Below are positions 30,247 to 42,989 of a stretch of 64,000 nt of DNA, piece after piece. How positions within the stretch are numbered: position 1 is the stretch's first letter; the number at the start of each line of letters is the position of its first letter. Below the pieces are notes generated by a model. That model was not told the origin of the DNA. It saw nothing but the letters and a program-made list of their open reading frames with translations, and did no database searches. This DNA comes from Octopus vulgaris (lineage: Eukaryota), in the NCBI GenBank assembly GCA_951406725.2, contig OX597824.1, positions 85,932,001 through 85,996,000 on the forward strand, given 5' to 3'. Made by a program: the position numbers and the translations under genes.

Positions 30247-30960
30247 GGGTCAGTTAGGCACCGTCTGTAAGAAAAACAGCACCATGGCACAATTCAGTCT
30301 GGCAGAAATTTTGGAAACGACATGCTGTACTGCTTGGTGTTCGCGCCAGAAGCTCCAATACCAACAGATAGTGAACACACAGAAAAACCGTTGGCTTACC
30401 GTGTCCCCAAAACATGTACCAATCAACATCATCGTATTCGGAGTGATCACTAGTGATGGCAACGTTATGCCTCCATTCATCTTCCCACACGGCCTCACAC
30501 TCAACACGGAAACCTACATCAAGTGCCTGGAGGAGGTAGTGCTGCCCTGAGTCAAGAAGGTGACTGCTGGAAGACCCTATGTCTGACAACAAGACCCTCC
30601 ACCATGCCACACAAGCAGGAGAACCCATTCATGGCTGCCAGACAATTTCTGCGACCACATCACCCCTAACACTTAGCCACCTAACTCTTCAGACTGCAAC
30701 CCCCCTTGATTATTACGTGTGAAGCGCAGTTGAGCGAGAGATCAACAAAACTCCTTGTAACAGCAAAGATGAACAGAAGGCAAGGATTGTGGCAGCATTC
30801 ACCGACTTGAACAAGGAGACCGCCCAGAAGAGTTGCAGGAGATTCCGAAGTTGTCTGGAGGCCTTGGTTGAAGTCAATGGCGATTTTATTGAATAAATTT
30901 ACGGTTTAGTATTTCAAGATATTTTTATGTAATTTTGATAAATATATATGTTAAAATGGG
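30247..30960 (+). mobile_element. Tc1/mariner superfamily DD37D (maT-like) transposase pseudogene
   Basis: VFGVITSDG..MPPFIF, then QQD-x37-D (..PPNSSDCNPLDY, across a +1 frameshift) and a terminal NGDFIE*. Multiple stops. Confidence 0.8.
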
Positions 30961-31956
30961 GGTTCTTCAGAAGGATTTCTGGAGTAACGTGACTGGTTAG
31001 GGTGCGTAACACACACACACACACATACACACACTTACATACACTTACATACACACATATACATACATGCATGCACAAACATACATACATACATACATAC
31101 ATACATACATACATACATACATACATACATACATACATACATACATACATACATACATACATAAACCGGCTCTTTATTATCAAGAAATCTTGAAATAAAA
31201 CTGAATAATGACATACATATGTATTTGTGTGTTTATACACACACACGCACACACACACACACATACTCACATACACACACATATGTGTAGACACGCACAC
31301 GCGCACACACACGCACGCACACACACACACACACACACACACATACCTGTATGTATCTAAGTATGTACGTATATATGTAAGTTTATATGTACGTATATAA
31401 CGGGGACGTATCTGGCAAGTGATTTGATCTGAAATCATATGTTGAAACTAAAGCGATTACAGCTTGAAGAACGTATATTAGTCGTTCAAAAATACACAAA
31501 GACTATTTATTAGCTTCACTTAGACATTTGTTATTTACTATAGGCGCAGTAGTGGCTGTGTGGTAAGTAGCTTGCTTACCAACCACATGGTTCCGGGTTC
31601 ATTCCTACTGCGGGGCACCTTGGGCAAGTGTCTTCTACTATAGCCTCGGACCGTCCAAAGTCTTGTGAGTGGATTTGGTAGACGGAAACTGAAAGAAGCC
31701 TGTCGTATGTGTGTGTGTGTGTGTGTTTGTCCCCTCAACATCGCTTGACAATCGATGCTGGTGTGTTTTGCCGTAACTTAGCGGTTCGGCAAAAGAGACC
31801 GATAGAATAAGTACAAGGCTTCCAAAGAATAAGTCCTGGGGTTGATTTGCTCGACTAAAGGCGGTGCTCCAGCATGACCGCAGTCAAATGACTGAAACAA
31901 GTAAAAGAGAGTAAAAGAGAGTATTTAAACAAGGCTTACAATCTATGTGTGTAGTT

Positions 31957-32040
<84 letters not shown>

Positions 32041-32681
32041 CATATATGGTTTTCCACCGTTTGAACTCGCTGTATTGTTATTTGCAAGCGCAAAACATCG
32101 CTACCATTCACGAAATCTCCTTTTCATATACATACACATATATAAACCTCAAGTCTATTTGTAGCAGAGATAGACTGATTTCGAAGCAACAATTCCAAAA
32201 TGATAGATTTCTTCAACCTCAATGACATATTGCCGGACATATTAGTTTGCGGCTTATAAGAGACGAAAGAAAATGGAAGGAAAATTAGGTCTTAGATGCC
32301 GAGAAAATTGATCACGAATTGGAGTAATAAGACTCGTGAAGGAGAAAAATAGAGTCCGGTGTATGTCAGGCTCTCTCATTCTGGCAAGAAAAGTAATTGT
32401 TTAATGAAACGGACCGACTCTAGAGTGTCGTCTGCTTTATCATTGATAGGCTTTTTGCATTGTAAGGTCAGCTGAGTATGGACGGCACGAGATAAAATTT
32501 TGCTATAATGATGTCGATGACGATGGGAGAGGAGGCAGTGTTTATCTCTTCGGTGACGGAAATTGCGAGCCGAAAGTGATGGTGATGGTGATGGTGGTGG
32601 AGGTGGTGAACCATGAGCACAATATATCGTTTGAAGAGAAGATTCTAGAACGGTGGAAGACTATTACGGACACGTATATTC

Positions 32682-32730
<49 letters not shown>

Positions 32731-33524
32731 CGAATATACGTGTTCCTAATAGTGTATGTATGAATGTATGTATGTATGTATGAATGTATGTATGTATGTA
32801 TGTATGTATGAATGTATGTATGTATGTATGTACCTATGTGTCAGTGTTTGTGCCACCGGCACTGCTTGACAACCGGCGTTGTTGTGTTTACGTCTTTGTA
32901 GCTTAGCAGCCCGGCAAAAGATTCCGATCAAATAAGTTCTACGTTTAAAAAAAAAGTCCTGGGGTCGATTTGTTCGACTAAAAACCCTTAAAAGAGGTGC
33001 TCCAGCATGGCCGCAGTCAAATGACTGAAACAAGTAAAAGAATAAAAGAACAAATGCATGTGTGTGTGTGTGTGTGTGTATTCTTTTATTCTTTTACTTG
33101 TTTCAGTCATTTGACTGCGGCCATGCTGGAGCACCGCCTTGAAGTGATTTTGACGAACAATTCGACCCCAAGACTTATTTTTAAGTGTAGTACTTATTCT
33201 AACGGTCTCTTTGCCGAACTGCTAAGTTACGGGGACGTCAACACATCGACATCGGTTGTCAAGCGGTGGAAAGGGACAAACACTGATATATAATGTTATA
33301 CACACACACACTCTTCTCTCTTTACTCTTTTACTTGGTTTCAGTCATTTGATTGCGGCCATGCTGGAGCACCGCCTTTAGTCGAGCAAATCAACCCCAGG
33401 ACTTATTCTTTGTAAACCTAGTACTTATTCTATCGGTCTCTTTTGCCGAACCGCTAAGTTACGGGGACGTAAACACACCAGCATCGGTTGTCAAGCGATG
33501 CTTGGGGGGGGGGGACCAACACAA

Positions 33525-33560
<36 letters not shown>

Positions 33561-33590
33561 CTTGTTTCTCTCCTTGTTTTTTTCTGTGTC

Positions 33591-33628
33591 TCTTCCTGTC
33601 GAAGAGCGTAGTCTCGAAACGTAAAAGA
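33591..33628 (+). ncRNA. Variant minimal hammerhead motif (CUGUCGA core)
   Basis: tcttc-CTGTCGA-a gag cgtagt ctc-GAAAC-GTA-aaaga, inside a 160-bp block (33561-33720) flanked by (TA)n. Confidence 0.55.
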
Positions 33629-33716
33629 CTTTTTCTATTCCTGAGCGCTATACTAATACATTTGTTTGTTTGTACTCCACCTGCCTTCGTCTTTTGTTTA
33701 TTTTCGTAAACTTTCC

Positions 33717-33797
<81 letters not shown>

Positions 33798-34176
33798 CAC
33801 AGGAGTGGCTGTGTGGTAAGTAGCTTGCTAACCAACCACATGGTTCCGGGTTCAGTTCCACAGCGTGGCATCTTGGGCAAGTGTCTTCTGCTATAGCCCC
33901 GGGCCGACCAATGCCTTGTGAGTGGATTTGGTAAACGGAAACTGAAAGAAGCTTGTCGTATATATGTATATATATATGTGTGTGTATGTGTTTGTGTGAT
34001 TGTCCCCCTAGCATTGGTGTGTTTACGTCCCCGTCACTTAGCGGTTCGGCAAAAGAGACCGATAGAATAAGTACTGGGCTTACAAAGAATAAGCCCCGGG
34101 GTCGAATTGCTCGACTAAAGGCGGTGCTCCAGCATGGCCGCAGTCAAATGACTGAAACAAGTAAAAGACTAAAAGA

Positions 34177-34223
<47 letters not shown>

Positions 34224-34299
34224 TACGACGGGCTTCTTTCATTATATAAAAAGTTATGGCCATTTTCTCACTTTCAACATCTAACGTCCGTAAGTCGCA

Positions 34300-34900
34300 T
34301 CCATGGAATGCGGTTGAAATTACTTTAACTCTTCAAACATGATATCTTTTTTTTGTTTTTGCAGTCGTTATTGCTTTCTCAAACATTGTCTAATTTTACC
34401 AATACCATTGTAACCGCTGCAAGCCTTCATTCTTCCCTTTGATCTGATATCTTCTGTTATCATTCTTCTCAAATATTTAAATCTATCAACTAGTTTGAGC
34501 ATCTTCTAAGCTATTTCAATAGGATTTACTATTTCCTTTCGTTCTTTATTAATTATCATTATTTTGTTGTCGAGGTTCATTTTTTTCCTTCGCTTATCTC
34601 CATTCCATATCTTCTGGCATTTGTTAAAAGTTCTTCATCAATTATGTCTTATTGAATCAATATTATCTGCAGAACGGAGATTACTGATTTCGTTATCTCT
34701 TACTTTAGTATTTCCTTCAAAAGATTCTAAAGTTTCTGACGTTATGTATTCTACAAACATTGAAAAGGCTTGGCGAAAGATCACGCCCAAGTCTGACATT
34801 ATCTGTTGTTTTAAACCAGCTATCCGCTGAATTTCTAACCAAAGCCGAAATTGTGCATGTTCACACAATGATTTTATAACATTTACTATTGGAAAGCTGA
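34300..34900 (-). mobile_element. Highly decayed RTE-clade RT fragment
   Basis: ..LESFEGNTKVRDNEISNLRSADNID resembles the INNLR(Y/F)ADD motif; YGM and FKYL motifs follow. Confidence 0.65.
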
Positions 34901-35010
34901 TGATACAGTTTCACATTATAAGCCATTCATTGCGTCCAATACACAATCTTACACAATCATAGGCATTGAAAAACAAGAGAGGGAGAGAGAGAATGAAGTT
35001 TTAGTAAAGA

Positions 35011-35406
35011 CTAGCAGTATCGCCCGGCGTTGCTCGGGTTTGGAAGGGAAATAACAATATAAGCATTTTTAGAGATGTAAAGTATAATAGCCATCTCAAT
35101 ATGGCTAACCACAAAGGGGGGTATTACTGTAGCTTTTTACGTTCTGAGATTTAATAATAAATTTTTTGAGAGTTACTTCCTTTATATATGCCAAAAATGC
35201 ATTAAAAATGGGGAAAATTGATGCTAAATTTTTTTTTTAATCGTAGACTCATCGTAGACGCGCGCTAATACCCAGAAGGGCTCGATATGAATCACGACTA
35301 TAAGATACCCGGTTTTGGTTAAACTGCACCGCAAAATGTGGGAGTAGTTAGGAATCTAAATCGTAGGAGACAGACACTCACACAACCTCTCTTTTATATA
35401 AAAAGA
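35011..35406 (-). mobile_element. Non-autonomous Helitron
   Basis: On the minus strand it begins TC and ends CCCGAGCAACGCCGGG hairpin + CGATACTG-CTAG. Inserted between A and T with no TSD. Confidence 0.85.
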
Positions 35407-36043
35407 TTAGAGTAGTGTTCCAAGTACGGTAATCCCTCACCACATCGCGGTTCACCTATCACGGTTTATTATTTAAGCTAACGACGATTCCTCCAGCCTT
35501 TCGCTTCAGAGGGAGTAGCGTAGACGGAAATGAACGAAGGATAAGACTTTGTAGAATCGTTAGATTGTCGGACAAAGTCACTTTTTCTTTCTTTTTTTTT
35601 TTGCACCACAGACAATTTTCATGAAAGACCGTGGGATCATCCTTTCGGGGTCGATAAATTAAGAAGAAGACCGTGGGATCATCCTTTCGGGGTCGATAAA
35701 ATAAGAAGAAGAAGAAGAAGGAGAAGGAGAAGAAGAAGAAGAAGAAGAAGAAGAAGAAGAAGAAGAAGAAGAAGAAGAAGAAGAAGAAGAAGAAGAAGAA
35801 GAAGAAGAAGAAGGAGGAGGTCAGCAATTTTTACGATAACATTGATCCCAGTAAATAACTGGTACATCAGGAGGCTGAAAGACAAAGCTAACCTCGACGT
35901 GAATTGAACTCAGAAAATAAAGAACCGAATAAAATATCCCATTGCTCTAACGATTCTGCCAGCAACCATTCTCAACAAAACAACATCATCATCATCATCA
36001 TCATCAACAACAACTATAATAATACCAATACTACTACTACTAC

Positions 36044-36080
<37 letters not shown>

Positions 36081-36564
36081 CGTGGAAAGCAGTAAAAAAA
36101 AACTTGGTAGTTTATCAAGATCCATTAAAATCAACATTCACGGAAGAAAAAAAATTGAAGTAATGACGTCATTGATTCAAAGAATATTAAACGCAAAATG
36201 CAGAGTTTTACAGGCGGTAATTCTTTGAAGATGGATATTTGTGATGTGAAAGAAAAATGCCAAGGATAATTCTAATGGCAGAAATTTCTAAAAGAGTTAA
36301 AACATTTTGTTTTGTTTTGTTTTTATTTTGTATTATTTTAATTTATTTTATTTTATTGTATTTTAATTTTATTTTTGGAACTTTAACAACTCGACCATAT
36401 AATTGAGTATAATTTCATCAAACCCTCCTCCATCTTTTGCAAGAATCGCAATATCTTTGTGAATGTGACGTAGAATTTCTGCTGGTAGAAATCTGTAAAA
36501 TCACAAACGCACTATACGAACATGAGGGTTCCACTTCACCCCATGGCTCGACTATGTTTTCTAC

Positions 36565-37009
36565 TACAGGGTGTTCAAAAAGTCTCTCCACAGTAAGTGT
36601 TTTATTGCAAAATAAATATTTACAGTGATCCCTCGTTTATCGCGGTAGATTGGTTCCGAGACCGGCCGTGATAACTGAATTTCCGCGAAGTAGGGACATC
36701 ATATTTACAGTATTTATTTAACATGTATTTGGACTTTTAAAACACTCCCTGTACTGTTAACAACCCACCCATTACAGTAGACTATTAATAACAAGGACAA
36801 CTGTTAAGCAATAACACTTTGGATTTTAAAAATCAAAGATTGTTACTGCAGGAGTGGCTGTGTGGCAAGTAGCTTGTTTACCAGCCACATGGTTCCGGGT
36901 TCAGTCCCACTGCGTGGCACCTTAGGCAAGTGTCTTCTGCTATAGCCTCGGGCCGACCAAAGCCTTGTGAGTGGATTTGGTAGACAGAAACTGAAAGAAG
37001 CCTGTCGTA

Positions 37010-37048
<39 letters not shown>

Positions 37049-38450
37049 TTGTGTGTCTGTGTTTGTGTGTCTGTGTTTGTCCCCCTAGCATTGCTTGACA
37101 ACCGATGCTGGTGTGTTTACGTCCCCGTAACTTAGCGGTTCGGCAAAAGAGACCGATAGAATAAGTACTGGGCTTACAAAGAATAAGTCCCGGGGTCGAT
37201 TTGCTCGACTAAAGGCGGTGCTCCAGCATGGCCACAGTCAAATGACTGAAACAAGTAAAGGAGAAAGGAGTAAGGAGGAGTACTCATCACGAAAGAAGTC
37301 GAAGTAAAATTTGAACGATGATGGTGAGGAATTTGCTGCGCAGTAGAAATGATGATGATGAGGCTGACGTCGGTGCCCTTTCCTGGGACACCTCTTCCAC
37401 TTCTTCCGAAGGTGCAGCCGTAGTAGTAGCAGCAGGGACTGGGGTTTTTTTTTTGCGAAGCTGCAAAAACATTGTGATAGGAAGTTGCTGCCGCTGCTTC
37501 TTTTTCCGTTCAAAGAGCATCTTGTAGGGATTCATGGCTTCGTCGACCTTGTTGCAAAATTGCACAGAACGAACCATATCGTCATCCCATTCCTGTGACC
37601 CCTCTTTCGATTCTTTAGCCAGGCTGCAAAGCTTGGTCAGTCGTTCCAAAGTCAAGTCAGTTTGGTCGACAACTTCTTCCATTCCTTGCTGCGTTTCTTC
37701 TTCTTCTTCTTCTTCTTCTTCTTCTTCATCGTCGTCTTCTTCCTTTTCATCGTCGTCTTCTTCCTTTTCCTCCTCTTCTTCTTCTTCTTCTTCTTCTTCT
37801 TCTTCATCTTCTTCTCCTTCATCATCTTCTTCTTCTTATTCTTCTTCTCCTTCTCCTTCTCCTTCTTCTTCTTCTTCTTCGCTGGTTGACTTCGTCAAGC
37901 CTTCGAGGTCTGCGTCGGTTAGCGGCTGGGAGTGGCAGTTTAATATTTCCTAGACTAGGAAATAATATTATTATTAATATTTTAATGGATTTAATGAAAA
38001 ATTTTTGGTGTTCATATATATATATATATATATATATTTAAAATCCGCGAAGTTGTGAATCCGCGATAGTTGAACCGCGAAGTAGCGAGGGATCACTGTA
38101 TAAGATGGTAAAAGACTACAAAAGAATATGTTAGACTTTACAAGACTTTAAAAAACTTTATAAGAGGAGTTGAAAGTGTCGTCCTTCATTTTTAATACAC
38201 AAGTTGACTCTTTTACACATGTTTTGAAATACATCTTGGAGAATCTGACGCGGTATGCGCAGGATGAAAAGAATTCACTGCTGAGAGACTTTTCGAATAC
38301 CCTGCACATCCATAATGCTGATCTTTTCTCAGGAGTCTCTAACTGTTGACTTATTCTCATCATAAATTGATTTTTCTTTTTCTTAAATGTTTCAAAGTTC
38401 GTTCCGGAGAATATGCCTTGAAATTAGCTTTCGATATGTTTACTGTTAGT
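36565..38450 (-). mobile_element. Old Tc1/mariner remnant split by the pogo element
   Basis: 38158-38250 minus reads QILQDVFQNMCKRVNLCIKNEGRHFQLLL*, a typical transposase C-terminus. A TA-CAGGGTGTTC TIR-like end lies at ~36565 on the other side of the pogo insertion. Confidence 0.55.
36623..38098 (-). mobile_element. pogo/Tigger-like deletion derivative
   Basis: TIRs CAGTGATCCCTCG flanked by TA. Carries a C-terminal transposase remnant (acidic tract, ..KKKQRQQLPITMF) at 37287-37950 and a SINE insertion. Confidence 0.85.
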
Positions 38451-38466
38451 AGAACGTATTTTATTT

Positions 38467-38772
38467 ATTTATGCGCCCTTTTCAAGCCTAGCTAGGCTCA
38501 TGGGCCCGGTCTCCCGGTTTCTGTGGCGTATGTGTTCCCCCCAGCTGGACGGGACGCCAGTCCATTGCAGCGTTACTCAAGAAACAGGAAGAGAGAGTGA
38601 AAGTTGGGGCGAAAGAGTACAACGGGTCGCCACACCCCCACTGCCGGAGCCTCGTGGAGCTTTTAGGTGTTTTCGCTCAATAAACACACTTAACGCCCGG
38701 TCTTGGAATCGAAACCGCGATCCTCCGACTGCGAGTACGCTGCCCTAATCACTGGGCCATTGCGCCTCCACG
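38467..38772 (-). mobile_element. SINE family C (tRNA-Arg-like head GGAGGCGCAATGGCCCAGTG)
   Basis: A and B boxes, repeated at 1920-2219(-), 4152-4543(-, different tail), 12000-12240(-), 14790-15062(-), 46930-47000(+), 58690-58875(+). A related head occurs at 15065-15267(-) and 46543-46760(+). Confidence 0.85.
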
Positions 38773-39499
38773 AGTAGAACGTATTATGATACAATTATTA
38801 AAAGCGGCGAGCTGGCAGAATCGTTAGCACGCCGGTCGAAATGCTTAGCAGTATTTCGTCTGTCTTTACGTTCTGAGTTCGAATTCCGCCGTGGGCGACA
38901 TTGCCTTTCATCCTTTCGGGGTCGATAAATTAAGTACCAGTTGCGTATTGGGGTCGATCTAATCGACTGGCCCTTCTCCCCCAAAATTTCGGGCTTTGTG
39001 CCTAGAGTAGAAAAGGATCGTTAGCATGCCAAGCGAAATGCTAAGAAGTATTTCGTCTGTCTTCACGTTCTGGGTTCAAATGCCGCCGGTGTCTGCCTTT
39101 GCCTGTCATCCTTTCGGGGTCGATGAAATATGTACCAGTTGCGCACTGGGGTCAATGTAATCGACTACCCGCCTTCCCCCAAATTTCAGGATTATGATAA
39201 ATTATTCTGGAAGAAAATTGATTATTAAATAGACATCATTATCATCGTTTTAATGTCCATCTTTACATACATGCATGGATCGGATGGAGTTTACAGAGGT
39301 AGATTTTCTACGTGGTGGGGATGACCTACCTGTCGCCAACCCTCCCTTGTTTCCAAGCAATGTAAAAAACATTTCCCGTGTCCAGACATACTTTAACAGA
39401 ATTTTGGAAATAAATGGCACAGCTTGTATGACAGTGACACTCGTTTACAATAACCATACGACGCCAAGAAGAAACATCAAAATATATACCCACTCATAT

Positions 39500-39878
39500 A
39501 TACATACATACATACAAACAGTTGCATGCATACATACAAACAGTTGCATGCATACATACATACATACATACATACATACAAACAGTTGCATGCATACATA
39601 CAAACAGTTGCATGCATACATACATACATACATACAAACAGTTGCATGCATACATACATACATACATACATACATACATACATACATACATACATACATA
39701 CATACATACAAACAGTTGCATGCATACATACAAACAGTTGCATGCATACATACATACATACATACATACATACATACATACATACATAGATGCATACATA
39801 CATACATACATACATACATACATACATACATAGATGCATACATACATACATACATACATACATACATACATACATACA

Positions 39879-39912
<34 letters not shown>

Positions 39913-39948
39913 CATACATACAAACAGTTGCATACATACATAGATACA

Positions 39949-39982
<34 letters not shown>

Positions 39983-40014
39983 CATACATACAAACAGTTG
40001 CATACATACATACA

Positions 40015-40048
<34 letters not shown>

Positions 40049-40080
40049 CATACATACATACAAACAGTTGCATGCATACA

Positions 40081-40114
<34 letters not shown>

Positions 40115-40145
40115 CATACATACATACATACATACATACATACAC
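39500..40145. repeat. (CATA)n array punctuated by 10 copies of CAAACAGTTG
   Basis: Direct count; the last three copies are spaced exactly 70 bp apart. Confidence 0.9.
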
Positions 40146-40394
40146 ACACATGAATACATATAAGCATACATGCATCCACGCATGTGCATACATACGTACG
40201 TACAACCATATTTAACTTATTTTCAGTTCCCGTCTACCAAATCCACTCACTTACTAGGCATTGGTCAGCACTTTACTATAGTAAAAAAAAAAAGCAAAAA
40301 CACGTACCTTCAGTGTCACACAGTGGGACTGAACCTGAAGCCATGTAGTTGGAAAGCAAACTGCTTAACAACACAGCCACCCCAGGACCAATTA

Positions 40395-40474
40395 CAGTGA
40401 TCCCTCGTTTATCGCGGTTTAATTGGTTCCGAGACCGGCCGCGATAACTGAATTTCCGCGAAGTAGGGACACCA
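40395..40474. mobile_element. Solo end of the same pogo-like family
   Basis: TA-CAGTGATCCCTCGTTTATCGCGG... nearly identical to 36623-36700. A more diverged end is at ~35427-35465. Confidence 0.75.
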
Positions 40475-40549
40475 CGTCAATGCATGTGTGTGTGCGTGCA
40501 TGCTTGCGTACTTATATACATACACACACACACACACACACACATACAT

Positions 40550-40582
<33 letters not shown>

Positions 40583-41593
40583 TACATACATTCATACACG
40601 CACACATACATACATACATACATACATCCATACATACATGCATACATGCATACATACATACATACATAAATACACACACGCACACACACACATATATACA
40701 TACATACACACACACATACATACACACATACACACATACATACCTATATATATATACATACACACACACACATACATACATATATACATGCACTCGTACA
40801 TACACACACACACACACATACATACACACATACATACATACATATATACATACATACATACACATACACTCACACACACACACGCACACACACACACACA
40901 CACATTCACACAAAAGATATTCCGATTGCTGAACAGACATTACATTACAAATCAATAAATTCAACGATGAACCTCATCCCCCCCCACACACACACACACA
41001 CAAACCAAAGACCAGAAAAAAATATCAGAAGCAATTTCGCATCAACCCCGAAACACAGCACGCTGTTGCAGATGCAGTTTTGCTCTCCTTATCTGCACAG
41101 ACATTGTGTCTCGTACGGACGTATCCCGTCCTGCTGCGCTATTATTCTTTATCTAATTACTTTGCACTAACTTTCATTCCCCCTTCCCATACGTGTACAA
41201 ACGTGTATGTAGTATATGTATGTATGTATGTATGAATGCATGTGTGTATGTATGTATATATATATGTGTGTGTGTATGTATGTGTGTATGTATTTTGTAT
41301 GTATTATGCATGTATGTATGGGTGATTGTACATGTACGTACCTATGTATATGTGTATATATTTTTGTGCATGTATGTATGTATGCATGCATGCATGTATG
41401 CATGCATGTATGTATGTATGTATGTATGTATGTATGTATGTATGTATGTATGTATGTATGTATGGGTGATTGTGCATGTATGTATTTGTGTATGTATTTA
41501 TGTATGTATGTATTTGTGTATACATTTGTGTGTGTATGTATGTTTGTGCATGCATGTATGTATATGTGTATGTATGTATGTATGTATGCATAT

Positions 41594-41647
<54 letters not shown>

Positions 41648-41697
41648 GTATGTATGTATGTATGTATGTATGTATGTATGTATGTATATGTATGTAG

Positions 41698-41728
<31 letters not shown>

Positions 41729-41767
41729 TGTGTATATGTACGCATGTATGTATGGAATGTAAATACG

Positions 41768-41810
<43 letters not shown>

Positions 41811-42011
41811 ATGGGTGGGTGAATGCATAAATGTATGTATATACAGAAATACATAGATAGCAACGGGTGCGAATAAAAGCATACACATACATACAAGTGT
41901 GTATATTATGTATGTATGTGTGTGTGTTTGTGTGTGTTAACCTACATTCATATACGCGCGCGCGGTCGTCTGTCTGTGTGTATCTGTGTGTGTGTGTGTG
42001 TGTATGTGTGT

Positions 42012-42060
<49 letters not shown>

Positions 42061-42297
42061 TGTGTGTCTGTGTCTGTGTGTCCTATCTATTTGATTTTCA
42101 CAATAAATGTCACTCCTCTCAGTATAGAATCACACCACATATGCTCAATTATTATTATTATTAAAAGTGTTTTAAAATAACAAAAGAAAATATTTTTAGG
42201 TAGGCACATAAATGCAAAACAAGGTGGAAAAAATAGTGCTCGAATACCAAGTGTAGAGTAATATGGTTTATTATAAAAGCTGCAAAATATTCACAGA

Positions 42298-42381
42298 ACA
42301 GTTACTCAGAGTTTCAAGTTCTCGTTCGTCGAACAGAACAGTTCTGTCTGATGAACAATAACTTGAAACTCTGAGTAACAG
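42298..42381. ncRNA. Inverted pair of hammerhead motifs
   Basis: Plus copy ctgt-CTGATGA-acaataactt-GAAAC-tctga-GTA-acag (42344-42381); degenerate inverted copy at 42298-42337. Confidence 0.6.
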
Positions 42382-42437
42382 TTGTGTGTATATTTTGTAG
42401 GTTGTATAATAAATTTTATATATACATACATACGTAC

Positions 42438-42518
<81 letters not shown>

Positions 42519-42850
42519 CACATATATATACACACACTCGTGCGCACACATATATGTATGTATATGCGTGTGTGTGTGTATATGTAGATGCATATATATA
42601 TATATATATGCTTTTTTATTCTTTTATGTCTCAGTCGTAAGGCTGTGGCCATGCTGCGTATATACATACATACATACATACATACATACATACATAAATA
42701 CATACATACATACATACATACATACATACATACATACATACATACATAAATACATACATACATACATACATACATACATACATACATACATACATACATA
42801 AATACATACATACATACATACATACATACATACATACATACATACATACA

Positions 42851-42886
<36 letters not shown>

Positions 42887-42989
42887 TTGTGTATGTGCGT
42901 GTGTGTGGGGTGTTGTTGTTTTGAGTTGCAAAGCGTAAAATTGCTCTCCGCATCCTGTAAGATATGTCCAACAAAATATCTTGCAACAG

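Noticed and set aside
39500-40145. CRISPR-like spacing of a constant word
   Set aside because: The spacers are (CATA)n, the repeat is only 10-14 bp, there are no cas genes, and the context is eukaryotic.
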